NCBI GenBank assembly: GCA_028023455.1
Contig: JAQFVV010000004.1
Coordinates: 20,212,001-20,276,000 of the forward strand
Origin: Epiperipatus broadwayi
Taxonomy: Eukaryota > Animalia > Onychophora
Direction: 5' to 3'
DNA length: 64,000 bases
The stretch's first letter is position 1; each line of letters opens with the position of its first letter. A program made the translations under genes and the position numbers. A model generated the notes under the pieces. That model had not been told where the DNA came from. It searched no databases and saw only the letters and a program-made list of their open reading frames with translations. Below are positions 42,312 through 55,636 of this stretch, in pieces.

Positions 42312-44049
42312 GAATGTATTGATGGAATTTCAATAAGATCCAATCCATCTGGCTTTATTAATGAATCTAAAAAAATAAATTTATTTGGAACTTAATAAAA
42401 GTCAATTTTTATGCCATAATTCTTAAGTAGTAAATTCTTGATTGAGACCCAGAAAATGGATATTGATTTAAGATGAGTCTTAGATGGCAAACCTATATCC
42501 GGACTTATTGAGGAAATCCAATCTACTGAACAGCTTTTTATACATTTTATGTGAAGCAATCTTTTTTCTGAAATTTGATGGATGAATATATAAAAAAATT
42601 GATAGTCATGAGTGTACTAGTAATAGTTCTAGTAATATTTAAATGAGTACCCAGAGATTTAGTATGGATACTTTTCCTCCGAAGAAAGCACAGTATTCAC
42701 CAGTAGTATATGTTAGCACCAATCAATCTGTTTATAATAGTGCTTGTATCACAACACAATGAATGCCAACCACCTTTCCAGGCAGGTTGAAATTATTTGA
42801 AACTAAGATATCTATCTTGTTTTTAGTTAAGATAACAAATCAAAACCCTCAATAAAATCTGTGATTGCAAATTCTCTTAATTAATCTCTGTTTTATACTA
42901 CAAAATAGCACATATTCAACATTTACTATTCTTAAGCTTAGAATCAAATTCATCAACTATAATCTATTTATCAGTTTAGTTTAAGCATCACTTGGTAATA
43001 TGTAAAATTATTTTAAAATCGTAATATATTGAGATTTGTTTTTTTATTATTTTAATTGTTTTATTACAAAGATTATAGAGTGATCTTTATATGTTTGGTC
43101 AATGTGTTTTAAAATAGTGGTTGTTATAATTTCTATGACCAACTAGAATCAAATGCAAATATTATTCATATTAATACAAACAATTTTACAATACATTTTT
43201 AAATTCTCTGTTTATGTTGTTTCTTCTCAATTTTACTCCAGTTTAGGTGAAGCATCATAGTTAAGTTAATACTTCATAATTGACAATTTTCTATATACTG
43301 TAATGTGATAAACTTATGAAGTGTTTCTAGAACTTTTAGGCACTTTTTTTATTACTTATAACATATATCTTAGTAACCTTTTTTTGAGCAAATATAAAAT
43401 AATAGAGGTCTTAAGATGCAGGAGCTTTTAGACAATGCCTTGGTTTGTTTCACAATAGCTATCCCACTGATAAACTTGAAAAAGTTAGATAAACAATGAA
43501 GTCTGCACCAATAGGAATACAACACCATCTGGTAAATTACTTAAGCTTATATTATATGACTCTAGAATAAAACAGAGAACTGAACATTCCTTTTCAGTTG
43601 TAATATATAGCATCACAATATCAATCCAAATTATAATGAGATTTTTATCGTGTTTAAAAACAAAAATGACTAGTTACAATAGCTATAAAGCAAACTGTTT
43701 TCTAATAATATCTGGAATAAATATTTATATGCTCATGCATAAAATCTGCACTTGTTTAAAAAATCTTTAGTTATCTGAAAAGTCATCTAAACTCTATCAA
43801 CATTTTCATCTTAGATATGAGTATAATAGGCAAATATTTAAAGATTTCAAATATGAATTCCAGATTTTAATAAAATAAACTTTTTTTAAACTTTCTTTTT
43901 AAGTTTTATAATGTTAAATAATTTAATCTCCTAAATGAAATTTTGTTATTCCATTTTCATGTTTTATATGTACATAAATCTATACTGACCACACTCCATT
44001 AAGATTTGTTATTTTTAGAAAATTACCTTGCCAAAACTTGTTAAGATTC

Positions 44050-45600
44050 CATCTCACAGTTTCCTTAGTTCTTTGAAATACAAGACCCAGCCTTTTGAAG
44101 GAATTCTAAATGCTTTGTAGAATTAATCAAGAACATGAAAATTGAAAGATCTTACATACTGGTAAGCTCTGATGTAGAAAGTTTATTCACAAATGTACCA
44201 TGTGAAGAAATATTGTCAATTATAATGAAAAGATTAAATGGTGATTCTAGCCAACAAAATTGAACAACTGTTCCTATTGATAGTATAATGACTATTAGCA
44301 TTCTGCATAATGACAACATACCTTCAGCACAACACAGAATTCATCCAACAAAATCAAGGAGTTGGCTATGGACTTAAAATAACTTGAAACTACAGCCATA
44401 AAAACTAATTCACATCGATCTAAAGTTTGGGTTTATTATGTTGATGATATATTTGCTGTATGGCCACATAATGAAGCACTATTACAAACTTTTTGGAAAA
44501 ACATCAGCAGCATATCTCCTTTAATTAAATTCACAATAGCATCAGAACAACAAAAAGTGTTCATTCTTAAAAATGTTTTTGTGTTAAGGCTCCCTCATAA
44601 TAAAATCAAAACTACAGTTTACAAAAAACCCACACTGCAGGAAAATACTTATCATAAACATCCAATCACACCAGAAACAGAAATTATAGAATTATATCAT
44701 CACTATGGAACAGAAAAAAGAAGTTTGGTTAGAAACTAGTAAGTTGGAAAAAGAAAATATCTATATAGAACAAACTATCATTATCTATCAGCTGTCATTA
44801 AGAAAATCTTAATTAGACACAAATAATCATCGAAAGGAAAAATAATTATTGGTTTTGTAGCATATCCATACATATCAGGAATAGTAGACAATTTAAGAAA
44901 ATCTATCACTATAACAATAGAACAGTTTTCCAGAGCCATAATACTAAGAGAAATTCTAACTTCTACAACGTATAAACTTGATATTCTGAAAAGCAAAAAT
45001 TACATCATGAAATACCATGTGAATGTGAAAAGACATATACTAACAAGACCAGTCACCCCACCAAAAAGAAATTGCAAGAGCACAAACTGATGATTAGAAC
45101 ATGTGTCTAAAATAGTAGATCATGTATGTAACAATAAACATCTGTTCAATTGGAAAAAATACAAATTATTGGATAGAGAGAAAAAAAAAAAGAAGAAAAT
45201 TCAAAAAAGTTGTGACCTAGTGTACTATACGTAATATCTGGAAACCATTAATTAACTTTGCTCTTTGGAAAAACTGAGAAATCAGGAAGAATCTCATAAA
45301 TTAAGTAGATGAAGTTTCTGATTGTTGTCTTTTGTAGAATAGCTCAGTTCGTTAAAAAATTTAAAGATCCAGTTTTGATTCCCATGCTAGTACTGTCACT
45401 AATCAGGCCAGTAAAACCTGAAGCCAAGAGGAATATAATATCACTTGAAATGTTGTACATATACTAACTCTTGTGTGCTATTATTAACAGTTGAATGTAA
45501 TTGGAAATTTTTTCTAAAAACATTCAATGTTTAATATTAGATGATGAAAATAATCCAACATATAAATATAACTGAAATGCCATTATCACAAACCTTGAAG
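44050..45600 (+). mobile_element. Penelope-like element (RT + GIY-YIG) with 3' pLTR
   Basis: LVSSDVESLFTNVP (44159-44200), YVDDIF (44437), KFT, YKKPT, YPYISG, frameshifted GIY-YIG and HLFNW; followed by a repeat shared with 53430-53735. Confidence 0.9.
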
Positions 45601-47042
45601 GAATCATACTTTGCCAATCTTTTTTTTCAGCCAATTTTTTTATCCATTAATACTTTTAAATAGGATTTGGTATTTACTGCATGATTGATTGCTTATAAAA
45701 ATATTCATGGTTACAGCTATAATGCTTAATTAGTAAAATGCAAAACTTAAAAATCAATTTTTGATAATAAAAAAAAATACCTAAATTACTTTAATAAATG
45801 ATTTACAAATGGTTTTAAACAATGCAACTTTTGAATATAGCATTAATAGTGGCCAGAAAAAAACATCTAACAGATGGAAAAAGAGACTTATCTTAAGCTG
45901 TCTATTATTACTTTGGTAATAAAGATTTAAAAAAATATTACACAATTATGAAAAAAACTCAATAGTTTATGATTGCATTTAATATTTATTTTCTTTAAAC
46001 TAAATTTTTTTTTACTATTGAAAATGACATTGGAATGAGATCTAATCTGGTATACGTAATATTTAATGTATAATAACATTCTGTAGAAAAATCCACTTAC
46101 ATAATTAGTTATTGTCTATATTTTCAATTTAAAAATTTAAAAATATAGTTTTTATTTTATTTAAAATCATTTGAATTAATAACACAAATATATTTTTTAT
46201 CCAATTTATGAATAAATTTATGAGTTTATTTAGATTTTTTTTTTAAAAAATTGATATTTAAAAAAAAACAATCGTCATTTTCTTTAAAAACTATTTATTT
46301 ATTACTGAATCATAAAACAATTTTATGAATATCAATACATTATATTTCTTTTTTCCAGCACTTCAATTACTTCACGATCTTTTCCAAGGGTGTTAAATAA
46401 TATAAATATCAGTACAAATATATTATTTTACATCTAAGAAATTGGAAAACAATTATATATTATTTTATCCTCATATGTAAAAAAAAACCAATTTCCTAAT
46501 TTGAAAAAAAAATGCAGAAAAAATAAATAAATAAATAATATATCAACCTCCTTTTTTAAAATAATAATAATGAAAAAGCTAACCCTTTACATTTGCAAAA
46601 GCAAACTGTTTTAAAAACACTACTATTATTATCTTTCAAAAACATTTTATCTTTTAAATCTAATAATTACAGTATTAAAAATAATTTATAACATTAAAAA
46701 TAAATAAAAGAACAAGTTTTATCACTTCCTATATATTTAATTGATTATAAATTTTTAAGAATGGGAATTAGATTAAAAAAAAAACAACTTTTTCTTCCAG
46801 GGGGGGGGGGTAATGTAGTAAAAAAAAAGGTAAACAAATTTTTCACAAATGCCACTAATCTATTACTTGCTTTGTTTTACCTGTAATATTTTATATAAAT
46901 ACAATTTGTACACCTTACTTCAAATACTTTATGCTTGTGCATATATTATCACTAGATGGAGCATACCAATAGCTCTACTCAAGCTTTATTTTATAAGTGC
47001 CGAAAGAGAAAGAATTCAAAATCTCTATCGGAAAGTCCTTAT

Positions 47043-47086
47043 CTCCAGACCAATTGGTTTCGAGCTTATGGCTCACTTTAGTGGAG
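47043..47086 (-). ncRNA. Type I hammerhead, core mutated (CUAAAGU)
   Basis: CUCCA-CUAAAG-U-GAGC CAUAA GCUC-GAAA-CCAAUUG-GUC-UGGAG. Confidence 0.6.
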
Positions 47087-47116
47087 CATTGGGATCTAGT
47101 TTCTAGAGTCCCAGTG

Positions 47117-47160
47117 CTCCACTGAGGTGAGCCATAAGCTCGAAACCAATTGGTCTGGAG
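47117..47160 (+). ncRNA. Type I hammerhead with variant position 9
   Basis: CUCCA-CUGAGG-U-GAGC CAUAA GCUC-GAAA-CC AAUU GG-UC-UGGAG; all three stems pair, stem III is the 10-nt palindrome ACCAAUUGGU. Confidence 0.8.
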
Positions 47161-47640
47161 ATAGGGACTTTCCGATAGAGATTTTGAATTCTTTCTCTTT
47201 TGGCACTTATAAAATAAAGCTTGATTAGAGCTATTGGTAAACTCCATCTAGTGATCATTTAAATGCAAGCTTAAAAGCAAGTTACAAAATTTATGACTTG
47301 TTTTATTAATTCTTATATATATATATATACACAAATCTGATAGCTCAAATTAGTTACTTTACAAACCTGCATTAGAAAAAGAAAAGTTTAATTAAAAAAA
47401 ATCATATATTTATTGTCAAATGTGTAAATTGCCATATGTCTGTGTATAATATACATGCCACTTGAATACACTGGTGTAAAATATTAAAAGAAAAATTAGT
47501 TTATGCATTTAATAATATTATTAAATATTTTATAAAGTTACTTTGTAATATGTAAGAAACAATAAAATAATAAATTGCAATGTAAAGAAAGAAAAAAAAA
47601 GTTTTGATATGTACAAGATATTTAAATTACATAGTTTGCT

Positions 47641-47666
47641 CACTTCCGCTTTTGGCAGCCATCTTC
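47641..47666 (+). promoter_or_regulatory. ETS-like (CACTTCCG) and YY1-like (GCCATCTT) motifs at the probable LINE 5' end
   Basis: CACTTCCGCTTTTGGCAGCCATCTTCG at an abrupt transition from AT-rich DNA. Confidence 0.5.
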
Positions 47667-50460
47667 GTAACTAGTCTTAAAAAGCGTCCCTTAGTGTTTT
47701 ACAGTTTTAGGAAGAGATGGACACTGTCCCTTTACCTTTACGTCTGTTATTCAAGGTAAGTCAACTTTTTAATCATTTTATATGATGGAGAAGTGATAAT
47801 ATAACCGATAAAACTAAAAATAAAGTAAGCCCCGATCTCAGCATTCAACCCAACAATGCGGTCATCGGCCGTAAATTGTATAGCCTTAGATCTAATCTAA
47901 ATGCATCTAAACCACCCGTTACAACAAATAAAAACCCACAAATGAGTAAATCAAAAGAAAATTCCATTGCAAATATCAACAAAAAGTTTAGAAAATATTC
48001 AACTTACCCCTAATACAAACAATAGAATAAATATCTCGTCAAGCCAAACTATTGATACAAGCGAAAACCAATCATTACCTCTCCGAAGCCTTTACTCAAC
48101 CACAGAAGATTATAATGAGCAATTTCCTTGCCCAACAATTCAATTAAAACTATATCTGGAAGCAAACAATATTACCAACAAAATGATACCGATTGAAATT
48201 TTTAAAGTAAAACATTTTCCACCAGGAGGTTCCACAAAACCAGTACTTGTGTCAGTACCGTTTGTCAACAGTAAATTTAAAAATAAAAAAGAAGAAATAA
48301 ATTATAAAACTGATAAATTTCATTCTAAAACAATCAAAGATTTTAGCTCAGAACAATCCATTGCTACATCAGCTAAAGTGCAAGCTAAACCAATTACCTC
48401 AATATCAATATTGGAAAATCCCACTACGTACTGCAAATATCGTAAGGTCAAAAAATTCTGAGAGCATCTCCTGAAAATATAAGAGCCACGATAATCTCAA
48501 CGAAATTATATTTGAATCTCACAGAATTAGACATAGAAAAAAAGAATCCCAAACAGCTTTAGGAAAATGTCTCTTTTAATATAAACAATATTACTGAATG
48601 GATATGTTCCTAGAAATAAACAATAGGGAGTTCCAGCAAAGCGATACCCAACTCTCTATATAAGTAGCTTCAAACTATTACAGCGATAAGTTTTTAATCT
48701 TAGCCATAACAAATCATCAATGTGCTTTATATAAATTCCCTGTAGAACAACTCTACAGTCTAATCAATCAAAAGCAATTAGGCGAGGCATTCACATGATC
48801 CTTAATCATCCCAATGACACATGCTCTGTGATCGGTAGAGATTAAACGTGGGCAGACTTGAATGAATTTTAAAAATAACTATAAAGTCTTTAGGAAATTA
48901 TATACTATGCTCCATAGATATGAACCGATCCAGTTACACTATCTGGGGAGAATTCAAAACTGCCTTGCCCACTTAAATGGCACAAGAAATACAAGACATC
49001 CTTATTAATTATGGTTCAGTTAGCAAATTTAAACACCTATTAAATCCTCACCTTCAAGATCAAATCCTGTCCAATACAGTTACCTTCACCCCCATTAAGA
49101 AAAAACATTATACCCACTGACATACCCACTATTATTACAGCAAGAGGCTCCTCCATGGTTTTGACATTCAGGAGGAGTACAACCACAATGTTTCTTCTGC
49201 CTTCAAAGAACACACCTCATTAAAGACTGTGCAGCAAGAATATGCACACACTGTGGTATTAAAATGAATAAATTTCACAAATGTCTTGGTAGACTATTAA
49301 CAAGTCCTTAAATAGACAATCATCACATAGGACTAATTCAAACAGCAACCTCACAAACCAGCTATTCAGATTCAAATAAATCCTCAAACAAACCTTCCAC
49401 ATCCAAAACTATATTTCAAAATGAAAATATTCAAGAAAGAACAAACGTCAACCTTTACACTAATAGTAGTAAATCAGAGAACCAAACAACAACAAATACT
49501 GCTCTAAACCAATCATAAATTAATAATACTCAAGATCAAACATTCGAAACAACTTATACTAATCCCCAAGAAATAATATTAGGGTCAAACTCTTTCTACA
49601 AAGAAGATAATATGACCAAACCATCTAACGAACAAGATAAACCCAAGCGATGAAGAAAATACACTCAAAAAATGTCAAAACAATTCTTCCAATATAACTC
49701 CTAACCAGCTTAAAACAACTGATAACAACCCTAAACAGAGTGAACCACAAACTATCTGCAATTCTTCAACTCCTGCAAGAACTAACCTACCAGGCGACTA
49801 AAAGATCCATCAAACACCCAACCCGAAAGTCAGCATGATCAAAGATTCTACCTTGTACAGCAAACACAGAGAATGTCTCAAGTCTAAAATTAGAACAAAA
49901 ATCTTATGACAATAAAATAACACTACTATCAAAAGAACAGGAAAAGGAAACAACACTAATCAACTTCAAAATCCTCAAAAAATTGAGCACAACAAATACC
50001 CAAAAGATACAATTAAGAAAATTAAAAGAAAATCAATTCGCTCAGATAAATCAAGCTCTGATGATGACAGCTCCACCAGGTACTTTACTCACCACCCCCT
50101 CCTAACAAACAAATCTCCATATAATCAACTCAAAGCTTCACAAATCCATAGAAAAAAGAGGAAATCCATGGATCTTACAACCTTAGATACCATTGATTCT
50201 CCCATGATTCTCAGACAGATTACTCTACTCCATCAGACACCGAAGACTTCATGGATCTCGATTCCTCAATAACAAACTATATCACCAAGCCATCTACAAG
50301 TTCAATCACAAGTCTCCTGACTGCCCTAACAAACATCAGACCCTATTAATATAGAGATGTCCCACATTCACTTGGATCACTTTGCTGAGGAGCCGGTTTG
50401 GATTAATCTATCATGTTCTGCAAAATAGCTGGCATAAACATTAGCGGCATAAAAAGAAAA
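47641..50460 (+). mobile_element. 5' half of an L1/Tx1-like LINE: disrupted ORF1 and start of ORF2
   Basis: Exact CCHC knuckle CFFCLQRTHLIKDC (49189-49230) followed by CTHC; ORF2 start MFCKIAGINISGIK at 50413 matches the APE N-terminal motif. Includes ORF 47967-48461. Confidence 0.8.
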
Positions 50461-50903
50461 TAGTCGTGTTATTAAAAAAAAAAAAAAGCTAATAACATTC
50501 ATCAAGTTCTCAGTTTCTCATATTCTACACAAACCCTTCATTATACCTAACCACATAAGAGTGTATAACAACTACTAACTAACATATTCTAGCCATATGT
50601 TAACTCAGAACTTTTATAATATTATTGTACAAGTTATTCGTTAACTTATCCATTATCAAAATGTAATCACTATTTATTACTAATAAAATTTTTGTTGAAA
50701 TGAAGTACAGGTTATAAAAACTAAGCATTTTATACCTTTTTGATCTGCCTTCTAAATGAAATTTGAATAAAACACATCAATTCTTAAAGTAAATTTGATG
50801 GCAAATCTAAATATGTTATTTAAAATTATGAGCTAATAATAGATGACAGCTCATATTTTTGATAAATCTATAGTTTTGGGGGTCCCAAAAATGATTACAA
50901 AAA

Positions 50904-51403
50904 NNNNNNNNNNNNNNNNNNNNNNNNNNNNNNNNNNNNNNNNNNNNNNNNNNNNNNNNNNNNNNNNNNNNNNNNNNNNNNNNNNNNNNNNNNNNNNNNN
51001 NNNNNNNNNNNNNNNNNNNNNNNNNNNNNNNNNNNNNNNNNNNNNNNNNNNNNNNNNNNNNNNNNNNNNNNNNNNNNNNNNNNNNNNNNNNNNNNNNNNN
51101 NNNNNNNNNNNNNNNNNNNNNNNNNNNNNNNNNNNNNNNNNNNNNNNNNNNNNNNNNNNNNNNNNNNNNNNNNNNNNNNNNNNNNNNNNNNNNNNNNNNN
51201 NNNNNNNNNNNNNNNNNNNNNNNNNNNNNNNNNNNNNNNNNNNNNNNNNNNNNNNNNNNNNNNNNNNNNNNNNNNNNNNNNNNNNNNNNNNNNNNNNNNN
51301 NNNNNNNNNNNNNNNNNNNNNNNNNNNNNNNNNNNNNNNNNNNNNNNNNNNNNNNNNNNNNNNNNNNNNNNNNNNNNNNNNNNNNNNNNNNNNNNNNNNN
51401 NNN
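50904..51403. other. Assembly gap (500 N)
   Basis: Run of N; the ORF calls spanning it are artefacts. Confidence 1.
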
Positions 51404-51616
51404 TTTATTAGCCATATTGTATTCAGAATCTCATTTTAAGGAGTTTTATAAATTATATGGGCCCATTATTAATGGCAAATGTTAGGTATATTCTATAACA
51501 TTTTCTCTGTGGCTGAAGTTAACTTTGGAGTATATAACACTTGAGAAAAGTTGGAGGGCATCTAAATTATCACCTTTTGTTTCATCATCCTTTAATCTGG
51601 TTTCACTATAAATCTG

Positions 51617-52838
51617 ATAACAGCAAATTAAAAATCCTTTTTTTCTTTTCAAAAACTTTATTTTCTTATATCAATATTGAACATATATATAATACAAAAC
51701 TTCAATGTTTCAACTGTTTTTATCTTCATACAGTCATTTTCAAGGATCTGCAACAACAATATGAAATACATATTTATAAATAAACTTCAATTACATAAAT
51801 ACCTTCATCTTACATTAACATAAACAGTAACAAACATATTAAACATACATAATTATATTTTACGATCTCTTTCCCACTGCTATTTTTTATTACTCTTTCT
51901 TTTACATTATTTAATTACAAATCTGTTCTTAAAATCATCCAAGAAACTTTTTATACAAATTTAAAAACCAACCCTAATTTCATATAACCTCCCCCTTTTT
52001 TTAAATCCTATGAGCTCGGACCCATCTCAAAACTATATTCCTAAGCTATAGCTTTAAATGAATATAAAACAAATATAAACATCTTTTTTTATACAAAAAA
52101 AAAAAATTAACTAAAAATGTACAATCCTACTTTAAATAAAATTAAGGAGTAGATAATGAAGCTAAAGTAAGGTATAATTAAAATGAATGTTTAAATAGGT
52201 TTAGGTAAATTGTTAAAGGGTTTTTTTTTCCATATAAAAAAATTTTTTGTGTTCATAGCATCGACCGGGACGCGAACCCACAACCGTCTGCAACCAACTA
52301 CTTGCTTGCATGTTCGCTGCGATACCTCTTGGCTAACAATGCAAGACAAAAAGGTTTTTTTGTATAAAAAAAGATGTTTATATTTGTTTATATTCATTTA
52401 AAGCTATAGCTTAGGAATATAGTTTTGAGATGGGGTTTAGATAAGATTTTAAAAAGGGGGAGGTTATTTGAAATTAGGGTTAGTTTTTAAATTTGTATAA
52501 AAAGTTTCTTGGATGATTTTAAGAACAGATTTGTAATTAAAAAATGTAAAAGAAAGAGCAATAAAAAATAGCAGTGGGAAAGAGATGTAAGTAAAATATA
52601 ATTATGTATGTTTAATATGTTTGTTACTGTTTATGTTAATGTAAGATGAAGGTATTTATGTAATTGAAGTTTATTTATAAATATGTATTTCATATTGTTC
52701 TTGCAGATCCTTGAAAATGACTGTATGAAGATAAAAACAGTTGAAACGTTGGAGTTTTGTATTATATATATATATGTTCGGTATTGATATAAGAAAATAA
52801 AGTTTTTGAAAAGGAGAAGGATTTTAATTTGCTGATAT
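51617..52838. repeat. ~480-bp near-identical inverted repeat with ~255-bp spacer; HHR-like motif in each arm
   Basis: 51617-52100 is the reverse complement of 52355-52838 with few differences. HHR-like motifs at 51701-51746 (-) and 52708-52753 (+). Confidence 0.9.
52254..52347 (-). mobile_element. tRNA-derived SINE
   Basis: Reverse complement aligns with 61780-61878; TAGCCAAGAGG and GGTTCGCGTCC boxes. Confidence 0.8.
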
Positions 52839-53429
52839 TATTGTAGAACATATATATTTTAAAAGAAAAAGTGACTGTACATTTGCTGTGTTATAATATA
52901 TTATAAATCTGATCTGATTTCTATAGGTTTTGAAATTTTGTTCATTTTGTTGATCATTATCTTATCCAGTGGGCTATTACCTATTGCATGGTATTTGATA
53001 GTCATATTTCAATTGGTCTCTGTGCTAATAGAAGTTTTATCCATCCAAAATATAATCAACCATTGTTTCCAATCTCTTTATATCTATAACAATTGTTGGA
53101 AGCCCTTTGATAATATCATTAAACATATAACATGATACATAGAGATTATCAATATTTTATTTTATTTTCACATTTTTCTATTTTTTCATATTTATCAGGC
53201 TAATCTCTGTTTTTATCCTTTGCTGGTATGTTTAATTTTATTTTATAGTACCAACATTGATAGGTTCTAGACAGACCACCAATAATAGGGATATATCTAG
53301 ATATTCATTCACCTGATTTCTGGTTGATCCCTATATAACTCTTTTAGCATTTGAGAGAGTTCCAAGGAGACAGTACATTTATTTTTGAGAACTCCAATCT
53401 ACATGTCCAGTATACTGAATGAACTCTTA

Positions 53430-53735
53430 ATGATGGTTCAGTTGGTTAAAGTGTTACCTTAAAAATTCAGTACAAAGAATCTAAGGGTCCATGTTTGATT
53501 CCCATGCTAGTACTGTCATACTGGTCAGGCCAGAAATATCTGAAGAAGAGAGGAGAATAATATCTCTTGAAACATTGTGCATATACTAACCTGTGTACTA
53601 TTACTAACAGTTGAATGTATTTGGAATATTTAAATAAACTTAAATTTTTCTACAAACATTCAATACACATATTAGATGATAGAAATAGTCCAGCATATAA
53701 ATATAACTAAAACACCGTCATCACAAACCTTCAGG
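53430..53735 (+). repeat. PLE pLTR-like repeat: tRNA-like A/B boxes followed by an HHR remnant
   Basis: Homologous to 45335-45596. TGGTTCAGTTGG, TGTTTGATTCCC, then CTGAAGA-AGAGA..TCTCT-T-GAAACATT (53540-53576). Confidence 0.7.
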
Positions 53736-55636
53736 AAAATGCAAACATTTTATGTGTTGCTTTTACACACACACACATTTACAAATGACATTAATCTTAG
53801 TATAGGGTTTTTGAATTAGTTTGCTTTGAAAAAAAATAACTTGATCCATATATATTGGTCAATTTTCAAATTTGATTGCACTCTTAAATCATTTAATTGC
53901 TCCTTTTTTGAAAAAATGAAAAGTATGAATAATTTTAAACACTATTAAATGCACAATTTAATTGACTATTTTTTAATGGTGATAAGAATGTAATCAACTA
54001 GATAAATCCTATTGGAACAGCTACAATTATAGGTGTATATTAATATTGTACACTAATGTCTGATTAATATAAAAAACTGAGGTAACATTATTTATTGAAA
54101 CTATTCATAATAATAAATTTCCACAATAGTTATTTAAGTTTGCCATACTAGGGATGGCAAGATACATTTATTTAATTGGCTAGTAGTAACCAGCTAAACT
54201 AGATGAATGTCATGAATCAGTCTCAATAAATGCAATGACTTCTAGCAACTTCAACTTGTCGTATATAAATCTAGTATTATTTATTACTAACAACTTCATG
54301 TTCTGAGTTTGAATATGCCTGATGACATTTGACATGAGATATTATTCTGAAAATAATTACAAAATGGTGACTTACAAGTAATACTAGTAACTGACTACTT
54401 TCAAATGGACCTCAACTTTTATTGACACTTCGACTTAAAAGTAAACAGTAATGGATTCACTGATGAATATATTTGATTGGTCTGTTTGTATGATTGACTG
54501 TTTATCTCATTTATTATTATTTAATTGATCAGTCATATTATATTGTAAATCCAATTTTAGAAAGCTCTATAATTGCAAGTCCATTTTTAAAAGTTAAGCT
54601 TTAGATGAAACCACAATATTTTATGACATCCTCTGCTTGATATAGTTCTCAAAGTTGAAAACAAACCATCATATTTTAAAATGTGCCATGCTTTTGTTTG
54701 GATAATTCAGAAATGGTTTAATGTGAAATGAAATATTTAGGTGTTAGTTATTTGATGACTGGTAACTTTATCTTTCATTATTTCAAATATTTTAAGGATG
54801 GTGTTGAATATCCTGCCCACGCACTTCAAAGGAAACAGTTATTTTGGTTTCTGTTTATCAGGTCTTGATTTCTGTTTACCAAATAATCATAATCTAATGT
54901 ATATTTTATGTTTTAATTTTTGTTTCTAGATTATTTCAGTAATTATGAAGAAAACTTGGATATTTACACATTAAAAAGCAGATTTTAGTGGGGGTTTTAC
55001 ATCAATAATGGTAATGAAGTAAGTTTTTTTTTATTTCAAGTTGTTAAATTTTTATTTTTGTTTATTCTTTACAAATATATAAAGTTTATATATCTATATA
55101 TCACATAACTTTTTTAAATACATTTAATTTTTATGACTATATTAAACTTTTTAATGTGTTACCAACTTACAAGATAGGATGCATAAAATATTTAATATTG
55201 AAACATTAAAAAATTGTATCACTTTTTATTTCTAAAAATATTCATAATAATAAAAATATTGCATAAAAATAATTTTTTGTAATGTACACTAATAAAAAAT
55301 TGAATAATCCCATACCTAAAAAATAAATTTGATATCTGGACATTTGAGGAACATTAATGTAACAAAAGATCATGAAAGGAATTGATGAAACACTCTTGGT
55401 TAAGGGACTGTTTTATACCTAACTGCTTTGTATGACATGTGAGAACTTATTTTACCTTAGTGACTACAATTCCTTTTAATTTGGATAAGTAAAAAATAAA
55501 GAACCTTGACGAGATAATGACTGGTAGAGTCAGAGAACCTGTCCCAAATTCAGAGTAATTTATAAATTGCTAGATTTAAAATGAAGATATGCAAAATAGA
55601 AAATCTGAATAAATGCAGAAATAAGATGGGTTAAAT

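Larger units (their letters stand above)
46948..47255. repeat. Near-perfect 308-bp palindrome with one HHR per arm
   Basis: Arms of about 150 bp meet near 47100 with only a few unpaired bases and few mismatches. Confidence 0.95.

Noticed and set aside
50816-51439. Two ~198-aa ORFs in the supplied track
   Set aside because: They consist mostly of N-gap codons.
54796-55018. Two-exon plus-strand mini-gene (DGVEYPAH.../DYFSNYEEN...)
   Set aside because: Weak GTCTTG donor and an in-frame TAG; no recognisable product.
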